A DNA stretch of 64,000 nucleotides from Paraspadella gotoi (Eukaryota > Animalia > Chaetognatha). Below, one piece after another: positions 1 through 17,885 of this stretch (the first letter of the stretch is position 1; each line of letters starts with the position of its first letter). The translations under genes were made by a program, and so were the position numbers. The notes beneath the pieces are model-generated. The model saw nothing but the letters and a program-made list of their open reading frames with translations, ran no database searches and was not told the DNA's origin. The stretch lies in assembly GCA_051294375.1 (NCBI GenBank), contig CM119271.1, forward strand, positions 8,237,788 to 8,301,787. Reading direction: 5' to 3'.

Positions 1-219
1 CCACCAACCGTTCGTCAGCGACCATTGGTGCCGGAGGCAAGTCATTCGCCTCCCAACCCAAAGGTCCGGGGTTCTAGCCCGGTGGTCGCCTAGCAGTTAA
101 TAGGGACTTGGCGCTTTAACCCGCCTGTAACACGGTGTTACAGCCTGATCCGAAGCTAAGGGACTGCTTATATTGAACGGTTCTGTCATTAACACTTATC
201 AATAATTACTGTCTCTTCA
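1..219 (+). mobile_element. LTR (solo or 3' LTR, truncated by the window edge) of the miniature LTR element at 28685-29365; contains a tRNA-like module at 18-89
   Basis: Reverse complement aligns by eye with both direct repeats at 28685-28938 and 29120-29365 and ends ...CTGTCTCTTCA. Bases 18-89 have paired GCGACCA/TGGTCGC ends and a CCGGG-GTTCTAG-CCCGG T-arm. No PBS follows. Confidence 0.7.
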
Positions 220-2421
220 CAATGTTATTTTCAAAATGAGGCACTGACCGCGGTAAACATTTCTCGATTCCGCGACCACTGTCTGTCGGGAGGCATTCTA
301 ATCTGGAGCAGCATCTCCAGTGGGAGCGAAGGGCGGAGTTGCACCTGCCAAAGAGATCAATGCACCTGGGGTCCTGGCGAGAGAGGGACATGAAGGAAGT
401 GTAACGTCAGGTAATTTAGACAATGTCCTTAGTTTTCCTTACCCTCTTCCATTTCTTTGACTCCGAAAGCAGCGTCAACATCAAACATGCCATGAGACAC
501 AACTTAAAAATGAAACGCATTTTGGAGGCAAAATAAAAAAAACAACTAAAAAACGAAATAAAATTCCTTTACAGCCAAAACTTCTTTTTTTCCGCTGATT
601 TTTTGGTTTGTATATAAAGTGTTGCTAAGCAACTAGTTTACCGCACAGAAATGATTACAAAAAGGAAGATCCACTTTTTTTAAACAAAAAAATATATATT
701 TACGTTCCGCGAACGATTTTGTTAACTATTGCCGGCTATTTAACATATTTAACTTATTTTCGCCTTCTACAATATGTAGCGGTCATAATCATATTTTATT
801 GGCGAATAACAATGTGATACAGAGAATACATTTTGACCATGGAAGATCATAAGACGAGACTAAAAAGAGATAGCACGGCACAGATAATGTAAGAGAGAGA
901 GTGAGAGAGAGAGAGAGCGAGTCATTAACCGGCCTCCTTCGCGACCGCTAAACTTAATGACCACCGAGGGTTGACCCCGTGGCTACGACACCTTCGTAGC
1001 CACAAATATTTATTTTATATATTTAATTATTTGTTTAATTTAATTTAATTGATTTGTTTATACGTACTTAATTATTTACCACTGCAAAAAGATGATTTAT
1101 AAGAAATAGGTTCCGTTTAGATATAATCAGTTTTTCGTTTGGTTTCTGTTTTGAATTTCTTTCGTTTTATATATAATATGTCTTATATTGCCTTTGTCAA
1201 ATCAAATTTTCATCCACAAATGCGACGACCACGACGAAGACGACAACGACGACGACTAACTACCAATACAAACACAACGGAGGCCATCGAAAAACGGAGA
1301 ACAACGACAACAATAATCTCCAATAATCGAGAGGATTTTACGAAAATGCAACGTTGCAAAGGCAAAGAGTTATTGGAGAAAGACGACGTCGACGAATACG
1401 ACGACGATGACGACGACTGAACCACCTTTATTGTTATGAACGCGCTAAAGGGTCTCAAAACCCTAGGAGACGTGGTCGAACCCACGCACGCGCTCTTTAT
1501 TCGTCGCCTTGTGGATTCGGAAAGGGGCTGGCTTCGCCGAGCATCTTGGATCGACGCGTGGCTGGGATTTTTACCCGCCATTTGCTATCATTTGAGAGTA
1601 ACAGTAAAAGTTTAGGTTCTTTAAATTAGTAATCGAGAAATACAAAAATTAGCCGGGTTTAAGGTCCTTGATGTACTCAGATATCTCAAAACTATCACTA
1701 TCGAGAAAACCAACCAACGCTAGTTTTGGATATTCTCTCAACCCCCGTGGGATCGCTTCAGCCTTTTCCCGACCTCCGCCAAAGCTTCGTTGTTTATTTC
1801 TAGTCCAGTTCTTTGGTTTTTAGTTATTTTGGACTCCATTACCTTCTTTGGAACTCCTCTTCGGCTCCTCCGTTAGCCCCAATGCTCAACCCCATAGCCT
1901 CGCTCCCCCACCTCAACGGGACTAATGTTCTTGAGGAGACCGTTAATTGTTAACTCGGTGCTCTGTTCCAAAAACCTGGCTAAAAATCGGTATTCCAGTC
2001 ACCGGAAATGGAGAAAGAAAACCCGAGTTACGAATTGTTTTTTTTTTTCAAATGGTGTCGAATGTCGATTACGTATTACGATTCGACACGTGAACTTAGT
2101 CGATTATATTTGATTAATTAATTGTAAAGAATTTTATAATTTTAATCAACGCCATAAAATTATTGTTGATTTGGCTGAAACAATTGACTCATATTAATTA
2201 AAATTAACTAATAGTATTTCTCTGGCCTATAAATATCCTTACTCGAGAAATATTTAAAGGATTCCCTACGTAAAAAAAGCGTTCGCCTTCAATATTTTCC
2301 AGCAGGGTAAGAAAAAGTTCTCCATCAAAATTACCCAGCATGGCGCGCGAGAAAGCGCTCTCCATTAAAGTTTTCCGTTTCTTGACGACTTTGATAAATA
2401 GATTTTGTCAGGAAGCGGAAG

Positions 2422-2478
<57 letters not shown>

Positions 2479-3961
2479 GAGAGAGACCTGACAAGCTGAT
2501 GTGATATCATGAGACAGAGCCTTGAAAAACTAAAGGTTTTAGAGAAAAAGAGAGAGAGGGAGAGAAGTAGGAAGGGAAATGAGCGAGGAGGAAAAAAATG
2601 AGCCGAAGATTTGATAAACGAGCGACGGCGCTTAATATCCGCCCCCCCCACTCCACCCCCCACTTCCAGGGTCCGCATCCGCCACCTTCGTCGCGCAGGT
2701 AAAGGGCACGTTTCGCAATTATTTAATCGAATAAGGGGTTTACCTTTTTCTTTCTTGATTTCAGTCAATATCATAGAAATCGTCTTGGTTCTTTAGCGAC
2801 AGGTGACAAGGATCAACAAGAATCAAATCGATGACGACAACACCGATCAAACCGCCGATCAAAAATCGATTAAGACTCCGACTTCGCATAACCAAAAAAA
2901 GAAGACTAATGTTTTTTTATCGAGAAATCAGAGGACAAAGAGGATGATGACGAAGTCGAAGAGGATGAAGATTGGGAATCCCTCGGGATTTCGAGAGGAC
3001 GTTACCGACGTTACGAGTCGCTGATAGCGTTCAGCGATTAAACCCTGCAACCCCACGACTCCCTTCAACGCGCCCTGTTCTTTGAACGTCGTTCCTTTTA
3101 ATTTAAATTCAAATTTTGTTATGAATTATTTGTTTAATTTATACTAAATAACAGTTTACCAGTCGCTGAAAAATTCGGCCGGCCTATCGTCTAAATTGGA
3201 GGTCAGCGATCGAACTTTGTCCCCCCCCTCTGCGCAGTCCCCTCTCCCAACTGTTAGGACTTTACGATCTGGAGAACGACCCTCCTCCGACCATCGAACA
3301 ACTTGTAACCCCATTTCTAAATCCATCGCTGCCCTCGACAAAAATCCGACTTTGCCGAGAAGAGATTTCGGGGGAGCGAAAAATAAAGACCCGCCGGTCG
3401 ACCGGTCACTCCGATGGGCCGCTCTATCGTGACGCCGTTCGGCCGCCTCGCCGCTTCGCTTTTTTGGTCGCGACGTATCGTTTCATCTCTTTGCTGGTCG
3501 CACGTATTCTTAGCGATCTCGTTTTGGCTTCGTTTCACTCAACTCTTGAATATGGATTCCACTTTCGTATTTTGCACATTTCTAACAGTATTTCGTCAAA
3601 CTCTTGAAAACGCGAACAAGCCAAGATGTTTTATGTGAGATTTTGTGGCCTTCATAATGTATTCTATTTTAGAGCGTGTGGGCCTTTTTTTTAGCATGGG
3701 CGGGATTTCGAAGAGACCCCCCTCAACTCAAGCAACTCAAAGAGACAGAAGAGAGACATAGTGAGACATAGAGAAAAAGAAAGAGAGAGAGCGAGAGAGA
3801 GAGAGAGATTTTGCAAAACTCTTGCCTTTATAGTTTTATAAATATATTATAGTATACGACTATAAGTACATTATAAAATATATAATTTAAAACTGAGAAA
3901 AGTCAGTACTCAGTCGGGAGCAAAGTTTAGCGAATGGGAGAAAACGATATCGATATTATTC

Positions 3962-4020
<59 letters not shown>

Positions 4021-5831
4021 AATAATAATATTTCCTCCCAGCGCGGGCGGGAATTGTGTTTTTCTCTCCTTTCCTCTCGACGACCGAGCCGTTCCATTCC
4101 CCGAGTTTCCCGGCGACCATAAATTTTAATTATTTAAACTATTAAAAAGTTTTCAGTGAAAAAATGAATAAATCGCTTTTTTTTTTGCTTTTTTTTTTTT
4201 TATGAAAAAAAAAAAGACAGAAATCGCGAGTTGCTGAGGCGAGAATCGCCTTCGGCTCAAAAACGTCTCCGCGGATTTGATGAAATGAATTTTTTTTTTT
4301 AGACTGCGCAAAAAAAAAAGTTATATGGGTCGCCATCTCTCGTCACGTTGCATATTTTTTGTTTTGGTGGGGATTCTTCTTCTGCCGCAGCTTTTGCCAG
4401 CTGAAACAAAGTTACAGATGAATTTTACAATTAACTTTTATATGAACTTGACAATATCACTTTTACGCTCGATCGCCAAAACAATTCAAAAATTTTAAAC
4501 CCAAAAAATTTAGCAATAGTAGGTGTTGGACACAAACTCTCTTTGGACTTTGTTGCTCTTGATTTGTTTTTGTAAAAGCGTTAAAAATAAAATAAAAATA
4601 TAAATAAACAATCAATATTTGTTTACAAACATTGCCGTTTGTTATTAATATTATTGTTATTTGTTATTATTGGTATTATTCCGTTCTAATCATGATTCTT
4701 TTCATGCAGATTGTGTTAATATTAATTAGCAATTATCAGGTTTTATATGTGGTCTATATGCCATATTCGTGGTTTGATATTTCGTTATTGATTAAGCAAA
4801 GCTGACCTGAGAGATCATTGCCCGTTTGATTGTTTCCCGATACTTGCTTTTGCTTACCTCCAGTTCTAGATCATGCTTTGATTCCTGAGACTCGCGATAT
4901 AACCTGATTGCCGCTCGCAATATTGATTTTCTCAAAAGGTGAGCGAGAGACGGAAAGCCCAGCTCATCACTGGTGCATTGGCCAATGGCCAGTTCACTTT
5001 TTTGTGTCGGAATCCCCGGGTTAAAACCCTGCTCATAAGAAGTGACGGGGACAAAGCAATTGTCATTGTGTTAATCTGGAGTACGTCGAAAATCAAGCCA
5101 TAGGTACCAAAGAAAAGTTTCATATCAACTATCAATAAAATAAATTATAATATTGGATTGATTTGTTTATAAATTAAAAAGTCTCAAAGCTTAAATCTTT
5201 TTAAAAATAAATAAATTTGGTAACTTTGATTCATCGTTTCTGGATCCTAGTCAAATTTTTTCTGATATTTCTTAAAATCAGCGACGATTTTATCAAGTAT
5301 TTTTGAACAGTTGTCCATGACGATGTCAGGATAGAAAATTATAACTATAACTATAATTTAATATATATTAGAAGATAGAAAATTATAACTATAACTTAAT
5401 ATATATTATAAGGTATGAAATTAAATGCATGATGAATACCGGTTTTCACCCTGTTACTTTGTCTTTTTATCTCTTGCTTGGTCCTACAGCTGCGCTCCTG
5501 GCGAAAATTCTCTGAACTAATGGTTGTTAGGAAGTGACGTCATTATGATATCTAGTAACCGTCGTTCGTCTTCTCCGTCCGTGTCGGTATGCCGAAAAAG
5601 TTTTTATGAGTCTTTTTTTATGAGTTTTAAATAAGTTTTAAATGTTTACACATTTTAATAAAAGAAGCGTAATGTTCTAAAACCTTGGTCCATATAATTG
5701 TATCCTCTTGTTTTCTCTTTCAATTACATGAAAATCATTGTGTATCACAGTTTAAATTTCAAATTTATGAATCCTCTCTCCCTCTCCCCTTTAAGACATC
5801 CCCCCTCCCCGCCCCCGACCTCCCTTCCACC

Positions 5832-8503
5832 ATGCGAACAACGTCAAAAAGGAAAGCGGCGCGATTTCTGACCATCGAGTTGCCGAAATCCCGTCGCAAG
5901 CGATGGGTCGTCGTCTTCGCTTCCCTGATCCTCGTCTCAGGCTGCTGCGCTCTCGTGAGGAATGTTGGTCTCTTTCTCGCCGCTTTTTACGATCCACCCG
6001 ACGATCCTCGGCCGTGGAACGCCGGCCGTGACGCCTCTTGTCCGGCCGTTTGTCTCGAGGAGCGAATCGATTGCCTTCCTGACAAAGAACTAGACCAAAG
6101 CGGACAAGACTTTTGGTAAAAAGGATGATTGATTGATTGTTTTATTGTTTGAATGTCCAAAAAGTTCTTTTGACTATAAATTACGCTTTTTCCCTCCTTT
6201 TTCAAAGGCGAGCCCGCGAAGCCTGCCTCTCCCGCGATTGCTGTTGGGCAGCGCCTTCTCGTTCTCAACTTGCGTCTCCTGTCGCCCTCGTCCCTTCATG
6301 TTTCTTCCCGCGAAATAAAACCTTTTATCGCGTGACGTCGATAATAAAATCGCTTTCAGGGATTACATTGACGCTCACGCTTAAGGATCCCGACGCGACC
6401 GTATTCCCCGGTCTCCTCGGCGTTCTAGAGGCACGATTGACGCGCGTGCGTCGAGGCGTCGCTCGGATCACGATCGGCGACGCCGCAAGGATTTACGAGA
6501 ACGATGAGGTCATCGCCAAAACCTCGGACGCCGACGTCGACTTTTTATTAGAATCGATCGACTCTAATTTCGTGATTCGTCGGCGTTCCGACAGCGTCGT
6601 CGTCTTCGACACTCGACTCGCGCCTTATCTCTTGTCCAAAAAGTTTCTTCAGCTGACGACGACATTGGCAGGATCAACAGTCTTCGGTTTGGGCCCGTTT
6701 GGGTCAGAATCGCCGATTTGGGGCGGCGATTGGGCTCGAATTCACTTTCGGAGATCTGAGGTTTATCACAGGGCTGGTGCCGAACCGCGCGGCCTCTATC
6801 CGGTTGCGTTGACGCTTGGACGTTCGTGCGTGGGACGGAAATGCTCTCCTATCGCGAGTGGGCTCTTTTTCCACAACGCCAATGTGGCCGAAGCTTTTTT
6901 ACAGCCGTACCCAGCGTTAACCTTCCGCGCTAACAGCGGCGTCTTAGACTTTTTCCTTTACACGGGTCGAACTCCAGCAGATGTGTTCGCAGCTCACTGG
7001 AGCCTGGTGGGGCGTCCAACGACGCCACCCTTTTGGGCGCTGGGCCTGCATTTGAGTTGTCGCGGCGTCCCTGCAAGAAAACTATTGCAACGATTACGTA
7101 CTTTCTGCGAGAATGGATTTTCTTTTACGAATTTTTGGGTCGATGAACCCCATGCAGACGATACTCGTCGCGCCATCACGTTGTCCTCCATAGTCTCTGC
7201 CCTTCACCAAAATAAATTCGTAATCCGCCCGCGTAAAACGTCTGTAGGCGAGGCTCTTCTTGGTTTATCATCCGGGATCGATCTCTGGACGAAACGTCTT
7301 CAACGACTTCACCAGCTCATTCCTTTCGACGGCGTTATGATCGACGATGACGTTAGTTCCCTTCAAGGACGACTGCAGATAAAGACTGTGCATGCGGCGC
7401 TACAGCGCTTGCGCCCGGATCGCCACCCCTTTGTGGCCACAAAAACTTCCTTTCCTGCTGTACGTCTCGGCGGTAGCAGAGTCGACTGGAGGGATTTGGC
7501 TTCTTCCGTCGCCCACTTGCTCACTTCAAATTTTTTCGGTGTCCCCCTCGTCGGAGTTAACTTTTGTGGCAATACTAGTGACTCCAATGCGGAACTCTGC
7601 GTCCGACAGACACAATTAGGAGCAGTTTTTCCACTGATGATAAATTCGGTCGGATCGAGTGTGGAGAACCGCGACCTTTCTTCCTTCAAATCTCCTCAAG
7701 TTGGTTCGGCGCTGAAAGAGGCTTTTCGTCTGCACTACCGAATCGCACCATTTTTATATTCTCGTCTCCTCCAAGCCTCCGTCGACGGTTCTGTTCCAGT
7801 GCGACCGATGTTCTTCGACTTTTTCACTGACCCACAAACCTGGAATCTCTCCCGACAATTCATGTGGGGGGACGAGGTGATGGTTACTCCTGTATTCAAA
7901 GAGAACTCTGTATGTCTAGAAGAAACTTTCTTTCCCGCCGGAATTTGGTACAATTGGGTCGACAACGTCACGGTCAATGTCCCGTCGCTCACGGGCCGCT
8001 TTGTGCCCTTTCTAGCCGCTCCCCTATGTCACTCGCCCGTATGGCTCAGTGGCGGAAGGGTTATCGTTGAGCGCCACTCCGCAACGTCGCCCGACGCCCC
8101 TTTAACAGACGACTTGCGTCTCGTCGTGGCACTCGACCTCAACGGAGAATCGAGCGGCGAGTTTCTTTGGGACAATGACATTGAGGCCGTGGACCAGTTG
8201 CCGAACAAGTCGGATCGAATCGGCCGCTTGAGATTCTCTTGGCTGAATGGAGTTTTTAATGTGGTTTCTAACTTAAGTATTAGGAGAACCGGAAACGAGC
8301 AAGAGATAAACTTTCGAATGAGACTTCTGTGCGACGAGATCCTCGTGCTGGGGTTGGGAATGAGCGACGGGCTGTCCTTTGCTCTGGCATCCGAGTCTGA
8401 ATCCCGAAGAGACTTGATGTGGGAGAAGAGAGGTTTGGAGTGGTTGGCGATCAAGGTGGGGGGAGCCGATCTCGTTCAGGGCTTCGTCATTTACTTTTCC
8501 TAG
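5832..8503 (+). CDS. Trefoil (P-type) + glycoside hydrolase family 31 alpha-glucosidase-like protein (GAA/MGAM/SI-like), ~859 aa, probably catalytically degenerate; exons 5832-6115, 6208-8503
   Basis: N-terminal hydrophobic anchor, then a trefoil Cys pattern (C..EERIDCLP...ACLSRDCCW...PSCFFP) joined across a GT-AG intron. GH31 motifs: LQPYPALTFRANSGVLDFFLYTG, LVGRPTTPPFWALGLHL, FGVPLVGVNFCG, ELCVRQTQLGAVFP, VRPMFFDF, QFMWGDEVMVTPV, FFPAGIWYNW. Confidence 0.85.
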
Positions 8504-8852
8504 TGAAATTTGATTATTTAAAACAACTACAATTAAAAATTGTCATGAAAAAATCGAGACTAATTTTTTAGTCTAATACCACTATGTTATTAAATATTTG
8601 AAAAGTAACTGCTTCGTGCTCACATTATTTACTATCCTAGCTTTTACGTGAGTATTTAAATTTTTATTTTTTGGAATCATGATCTCATCTGAAATTTATT
8701 TCGCTAACATGATATGTGTACATTTTACACAAATTATATTTTTTACTTTTATACGCATTTCTGACATTTACACTTGTTATGCTTTAAATTTTTTTAGCTT
8801 TAGTGACAAGTGACTTTTCGAATTATAATCCTAATTCCTATCTAAATTCATC

Positions 8853-9286
8853 ATGAGTGAAGTTGAAGAAACATTGAAACGCATCCAGTCGCACAAGGGC
8901 GTCGTTGGGTGCATTGTCGTAAATAACGAAGGTAAGTCAGTTGGGTGCCAAACGGAACATCTAAAACTAAGATGAACCTAAAACTAAGACGAAACCCTTA
9001 TTAAGGAATTCCCATTCGAACGACGATGGACAACTCGACGACGGTTCAATACTCGGGCCTGCTTCATCAGGTGAACTAATTCAGTTATCGATCGAAATTA
9101 TCGATCCCTCAAAACGAGATTAACATTTTCTCGTTCTCCCAGTTGGCCAGCAAAGCTCGGCATTGCGTGCGCGATCTGGATCCGCAAAACGATCTCACCT
9201 TTTTGCGCGTGCGATCTAAGAAGCACGAGATCATGGTGGCGCCGGATCGCGACTACCTGCTCATCGTTATTCAACATCCCGAATGA
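8853..9286 (+). CDS. DYNLRB: Dynein light chain roadblock-type; exons 8853-8931, 9006-9070, 9143-9286
   Basis: Spliced translation [95 protein letters not shown] is a typical roadblock/LC7 sequence. Both GT-AG introns keep the frame. Confidence 0.97.
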
Positions 9287-9724
9287 TAGTCGCCGGAGTA
9301 TTCGATATTTTCCAGTCAACGTCTGGCCTGACGTTAATGATAGTATTTCCCGCATGTTCTGGAAATGTACATAATGATCGTTAACTTATTATTCCATCTT
9401 TTGATAGAAAAAAAAATATAACTACGTTCATATTAATTCAGAAATTAAAATTCTATTTTTAGTTTGCAATATAAATATTTCATACCTGTATTGAGACTTT
9501 ATTCTTCAACAAATAATTTTCATTAAAAAAAATGTAAAGTTTTAACAATTTTTTTCCTTCCTCTTATATCGCAATTTAATGTGCAGCTAGTTCTAGTCGA
9601 AAAACAAGCTTCTAATTTCGAAACATTGTTTCTTCCTCAACTTTTAAAATTAGCCTTATTGTATATTTTTAGTTAACGGAAATGTCGCCGTATTTGTGAA
9701 TAGATAACTTCCAAGAACTAGACA

Positions 9725-11085
9725 ATGGATATTCTGGACAATTCCCTCATCGGCGGAAAACGAGAGGCGCGGAAGGGACGCCGTGCTGGTGGTCAGGACG
9801 ACGCCGCGCCATCGGCGAGCGGCGGAGGGAGACCCGCGAGCGGCGCCTTCATGGGGAGCGGACCCGAGGAGGAGTTGACCATCGCCGCCGACTCCGGAAT
9901 CGAACACGGAGACGGAATGGACCAACCTCCTTCCCGGTAGAAGACTGGGATGACCTTCGACGTCGATCAATTCTTTTTCTTTTTCCTTTTCCTATCCAAT
10001 CCTTTTCATCTTTCCCTCAGTCCGTCTCGCCGCAAGGGCGGCTGGGGCGAGGAGGCCTCAAATCCGCCTTCAGCCAAAGGAGCAAGGTCGAACTTTTTCG
10101 GTGGTGATGCTTTCGACAGCGACGGACCTATCGCAATGACAGGTGGTTGAAGAATGAGGAAATTAATTTATTTCATCCGGTTCCATATACCTTGAAAATT
10201 ATTAACAAATTTATTTAATTTACTAGTAATTACGAAATCAGGGGGTGGGGGGAACTTTCGTAACTTTAACACCTTTTTTTGTGCTATTTTAAATTTTTAT
10301 ATACGCGTGTAAAGCGAGCTGCGATCAAAAAATCATTTGTCAAGTTATGTTCACTTCGTCCGGTCCGGTTCTTGCGTGCGACCCAAATTTTGAGGTTTTT
10401 TGATGGCCGAATTCGTTCCCAGCAAAACCGGTTATGACCTCCTTACCTAAACAAGACCGGCGATACACGTAGACACGAAAAATGCATCCGCTCCCTTCTT
10501 TCTCTCTCTCTCTTTACAACAGATAACTACGATCAGCGGTTGACTCGTCGCGGCGAACATCGAATTGGCTTCGACGACGACGATGACGACGGCGACATTC
10601 CCGTCATCCCCAATCTGGATGAAGTCCAGGAAGAGGTTCGATTTCAAAATACTTTTTTGTCAAATTTTAATTTGTTTCTACTATTCGTTCACTCTCTCCC
10701 TCTTTAGGATCTTACCCAAAAGGTGGCGCAGGCGCCACAGATTCAGGTCAATAAGGTCGCTACATTTCGGGAGCTGGACCACGACCTTCTCAAGCATTCC
10801 GCCTTTACCAGTCTCGACAACGAGATCGATCTTAAGTTACTCGCCAAAGGTGGTTTTCGGGTCGACTTAATAATATACTACATTATAATGTATGTTTATT
10901 ATCATTAACATACTTTTCTCACGCTAGTGTTGTCCCCGGAGAGCGAGATCCAAGAGCCGGACGTGGCTTGGGACTGGAATCACCTCTTCACCGAAGTCAC
11001 TTCCGAGCTTCAGACCGAATGGGACAAGGTCGAGGGCCGAACGGGCGACGATGCCGAGTCCGGGACATTGGGCACCGTGTCCTGA
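9725..11085 (+). CDS. IFT43: Intraflagellar transport protein 43 (IFT-A), 248 aa; exons 9725-9936, 10021-10142, 10523-10635, 10708-10849, 10928-11085
   Basis: Motifs [78 protein letters not shown]. Exon phases are consistent. Confidence 0.93.
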
Positions 11086-11280
11086 TTTGATGGCCTCAAC
11101 AATTTTGTCTTTTGTAGTCCTGTAGTCGTTGTAGAAAAGTTAGTCCCAAAGAAAAACGAACTTTTACGGCATTCCTTCTACCGCGCACAAACATTAAACG
11201 CACGAATAAAAAAAAATCTCCGTATTTAACGATTGCACTTTTTGTTAATCCTTCGCTCATGAATAAAATTATTCAAAGAA

Positions 11281-13456
11281 ATGACGACGCAAAACTCGCT
11301 GCTCTTCCACGCGACAGGCGTTGCGCGAGATTTGGCTTCCCACTTGACGCCTTGCTACGGCCCTTTGGGGAAGCACGCCATCGTCATCAACGACGTCGGC
11401 AAAGTGAATATCACCCGGAGCGGTGCTCACATTTTGCGCGCTCATCATTGCGCCGATCCGCACGCGCGAATGATCGTCGACGCCGTTGATGCACACGCCA
11501 AGCAGGTTGATGGGTTAATGGGTTAAAATAAAAGTTAGTTTTAGTATTTTTTTACAAACAAGTAATCGTTGTCTCGCAAAAGTGTTACATTGACCTCTCT
11601 GTTTTTAATTTTTCTGTAAATATTATTAGATCAATGTTTGCATAGAGAATTCTTACTTAGATTTGACGCCAATAAGTTTCCTGGTTATGGCTATGCATTT
11701 ACATATGATTTGATGTTAAAATGTGGAATGTAAATGAATAGTTTTGCAACTTAAAAGATTACACTGCAAAAGTGTAACATAGTAATCGCTTTCCTTTCAT
11801 CAAAAAATGACTCTCATTCCTTTCTTTTATTTTTTTCGCTCTCAGATCGGCGACGGCAGTAAAACCTTCGTCGTCTTACTCTCTTCCATCTTATCATCCG
11901 TACTAGAATCTCTCCCTCCGGACGGCGCCACAAACGCCGCCATCGAGATTCAACGCCGCCGACTTGATCTTCGTCAAGCGCTGTTCGCACTAAGAAACCA
12001 AAGCGACGCCATTTTGCGTCAGTGGAATAGTTTTCCCATCAAATCTACGACGACGATTCACCGTCTTTTGTTTTCCTTCTTTCGCACGCGTTCGATTCAC
12101 CGCCGAAAATCTGCCGCGGAGCGTCTCTCTCGTCTCACCGCGGATCTCATCGCCTCGACGAGACGATCGACTTCGCCATCTTTAAAAGCGACTCTGGATC
12201 ACTTGATCGACCACTTTCCTCACATCGTCCTCAACGCGCCGGGCGAATCGATCGAAGCCTCGAGAATTTCGTCTCGCGAAGTCATTTTGTCGCGAGACTT
12301 CGATTCCGGGCAAGATTCGCGCCTTGATGCTCCGGATGTCACCTTCTCTCCCGCTAGGGTCAATAAACTCGTCCTCCTTCGATGTTCCGTCTCGGAACTC
12401 GACTCGTGTAACACTACCTTCGAAACTTTATCCCTCGACGCTGTTTCACGTCGATTCGTTTGGCGATCCGACCGCACGTCCAAAATGGCGGGGGCTTTGG
12501 CCCGTGCTGGCGTTACACTTTTGCTAGTCCAGGATAGAGTTGCGCCCTTCGAATTAGCGGCTTTGGCGGCGCGCGGCATCCGTTGCGTCGCGCATCTGCC
12601 AGAAGACGAATTACGATGGTTGGCATCGGTCTTCGGCCGACGGATCATCGACGACCCGTTGGAGGTGCTAGATGGCGACTTGAAAGATTTTGTCGTTGAC
12701 TTTGAAACCTTCAAAACGATCGTCGTCGACGGACGAGCCCGTGTCATCTTAATCTTCAGCGAAGGGCGATGCCGCGAAGCAATCTTTGACGCTTCTCAAC
12801 TCATCCTGGCGTCGCCAACTTTAACAGCTTGCGAAGCATTGTCCTTCGTTCTAAGCGATGCACTGAAGATGTTGCGGATTTGGCTGCAGAACGAAGATTC
12901 CATCTGTGTTTGCGGATCCCTCTGGGATCCCTTACCTTTGCTCCGCGGATCAGAGCTTTCAAAACTCTCAAATTCATTGTCTTCGAAAACTCGCGGGCTT
13001 GGAATCATTTCGCGCGCTCTCAGCGAACCCTTGCGCTTGATCCATCAAAATTCTTTGTCCAGCGGCAAAGGTGACGATCGCCTCGTTGTCGCCATGCACG
13101 AGATGCGGCTCCTGACTGCCTCTGGCGAGACTGCAGGACTCGACGCCAGAATCGGTCGCGTTTTTTGCTGCCTTACGAGGCAAGAGGGCGCCTCGACGGA
13201 AAACCGAGATTCCCCTCCGAACTCCGCTAACTTAAAGTCGATCGAAGTGAATTCACGATTCTCGGAAGACGTCGACTTGGAGAGCGGCGAAATCAAACTG
13301 CGGACTTTAATCTCCGCGACCGAATTGGCGGTGCGGTTGTTGAGTATCGACGGTATCTTGAGGGTGAAAGGGAGATTGAAGTCGTCCGTGCGACCCCGTG
13401 ACGATTACGACGATGATGATGAAGATGACGTTAACGATGACGAGGATTATTCATAA
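11281..13456 (+). CDS. BBS10: Bardet-Biedl syndrome 10-like group II chaperonin; exons 11281-11505, 11846-13456
   Basis: Chaperonin N-terminus (LTPCYGPLGK...ITRSGAHIL...PHARMIVDAV) spliced to GDGSKTFVVLL. This is the BBS10-type GDGxKTF variant of the CCT GDGTT motif. C-terminal LLSIDGIL; two-exon structure. Confidence 0.85.
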
Positions 13457-13544
13457 TGTTGTGTTTATTGCGAACCATTTTTGCTTTATTTTTCAGCTTA
13501 TAAGCAAATTAATAATTTGTGAGTGAGATCTCAAAACTTAAAAA

Positions 13545-16991
<3,447 letters not shown>

Positions 16992-17885
16992 AACCGAGAG
17001 ATGCGGTAATAGAGCGTCTCGGGTTAAATTCCGTAATTATTCCTCAAAATATTTGTAGCGTGAGGGACGGGGTCTAAACTTTAGATGAGCAGTGATTTCG
17101 GCATTTCGTTAAAAAAAATTGTAGACGATTTTAAAGATAATTTTATTGATCTAGTCTTAATTTTAACGTATTTTATAACGTATTTTATCGAATATTTATC
17201 GGTCAAGTTTATTTTTTTCGTTATTTTTTTTATTTTGTTGTTGTTGTCCGTATCACGCATCAATCTACAGTAAAGTTTTTCCGGCTGAACTTTATCGACC
17301 AAATTTTTTTTCGTCCTTTGTGATCAAAGACTTGAGATCTGAAGTTTTTCGACTCCTAAATTACAAACGAGTTATATTCCTTCTTTTTTTTATTAATATT
17401 TTACTTGGCTACTTTGAACCACAAACGCCATACGAGAACAAAGCCATATAACTTTTTTTTTTCGATCTCTCGATTCTGGTACTTCCTTAATGCTTAGTAT
17501 TTTACAGGAATGTTTTCTGTATTTTTTTTTTTTTTTTTTTTTTTGCAATAATAGTTTCGTAATGGATTTTGTTTTATATGTAGTAACTATTATACTTTAG
17601 ATATAAGATATGGGTTGTTGGTACCTTTGTTAAAGATTATTTTTTTTAGATTTTGTATATAGATTAGAAAACAGAACACGGATTGTAACCAGAGATAACA
17701 AATGCGTCACCTTCAGAATATGGAAAAACTGTCAAACAAGAATTAAACAAAGCAGTGAACTAAAAAAAATGAATTACACAATCAACACGGATTACTGCTC
17801 TGGTAGATTCACTCCGTTACTCCAAAGCTCATCTGTGATCTCTTAACTTCCTCGAGAAACAACAACAACAACAACCCGACCAATC

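Noticed and set aside
18-89. Functional tRNA-Gly gene
   Set aside because: The anticodon stem does not pair, the D-arm is poor, and the sequence is part of a dispersed repeat.
980-1004. GC-rich hairpin GTGGCTACGA-CACCT-TCGTAGCCAC as a terminator or Helitron end
   Set aside because: Intrinsic terminators do not apply in this eukaryotic context, no CTRR end follows, and only one copy is seen.
12220-13296. Antisense ORFs overlapping BBS10, and similar ones over the GH31 gene
   Set aside because: Shadow frames of GC-rich coding sequence with no recognisable motifs.
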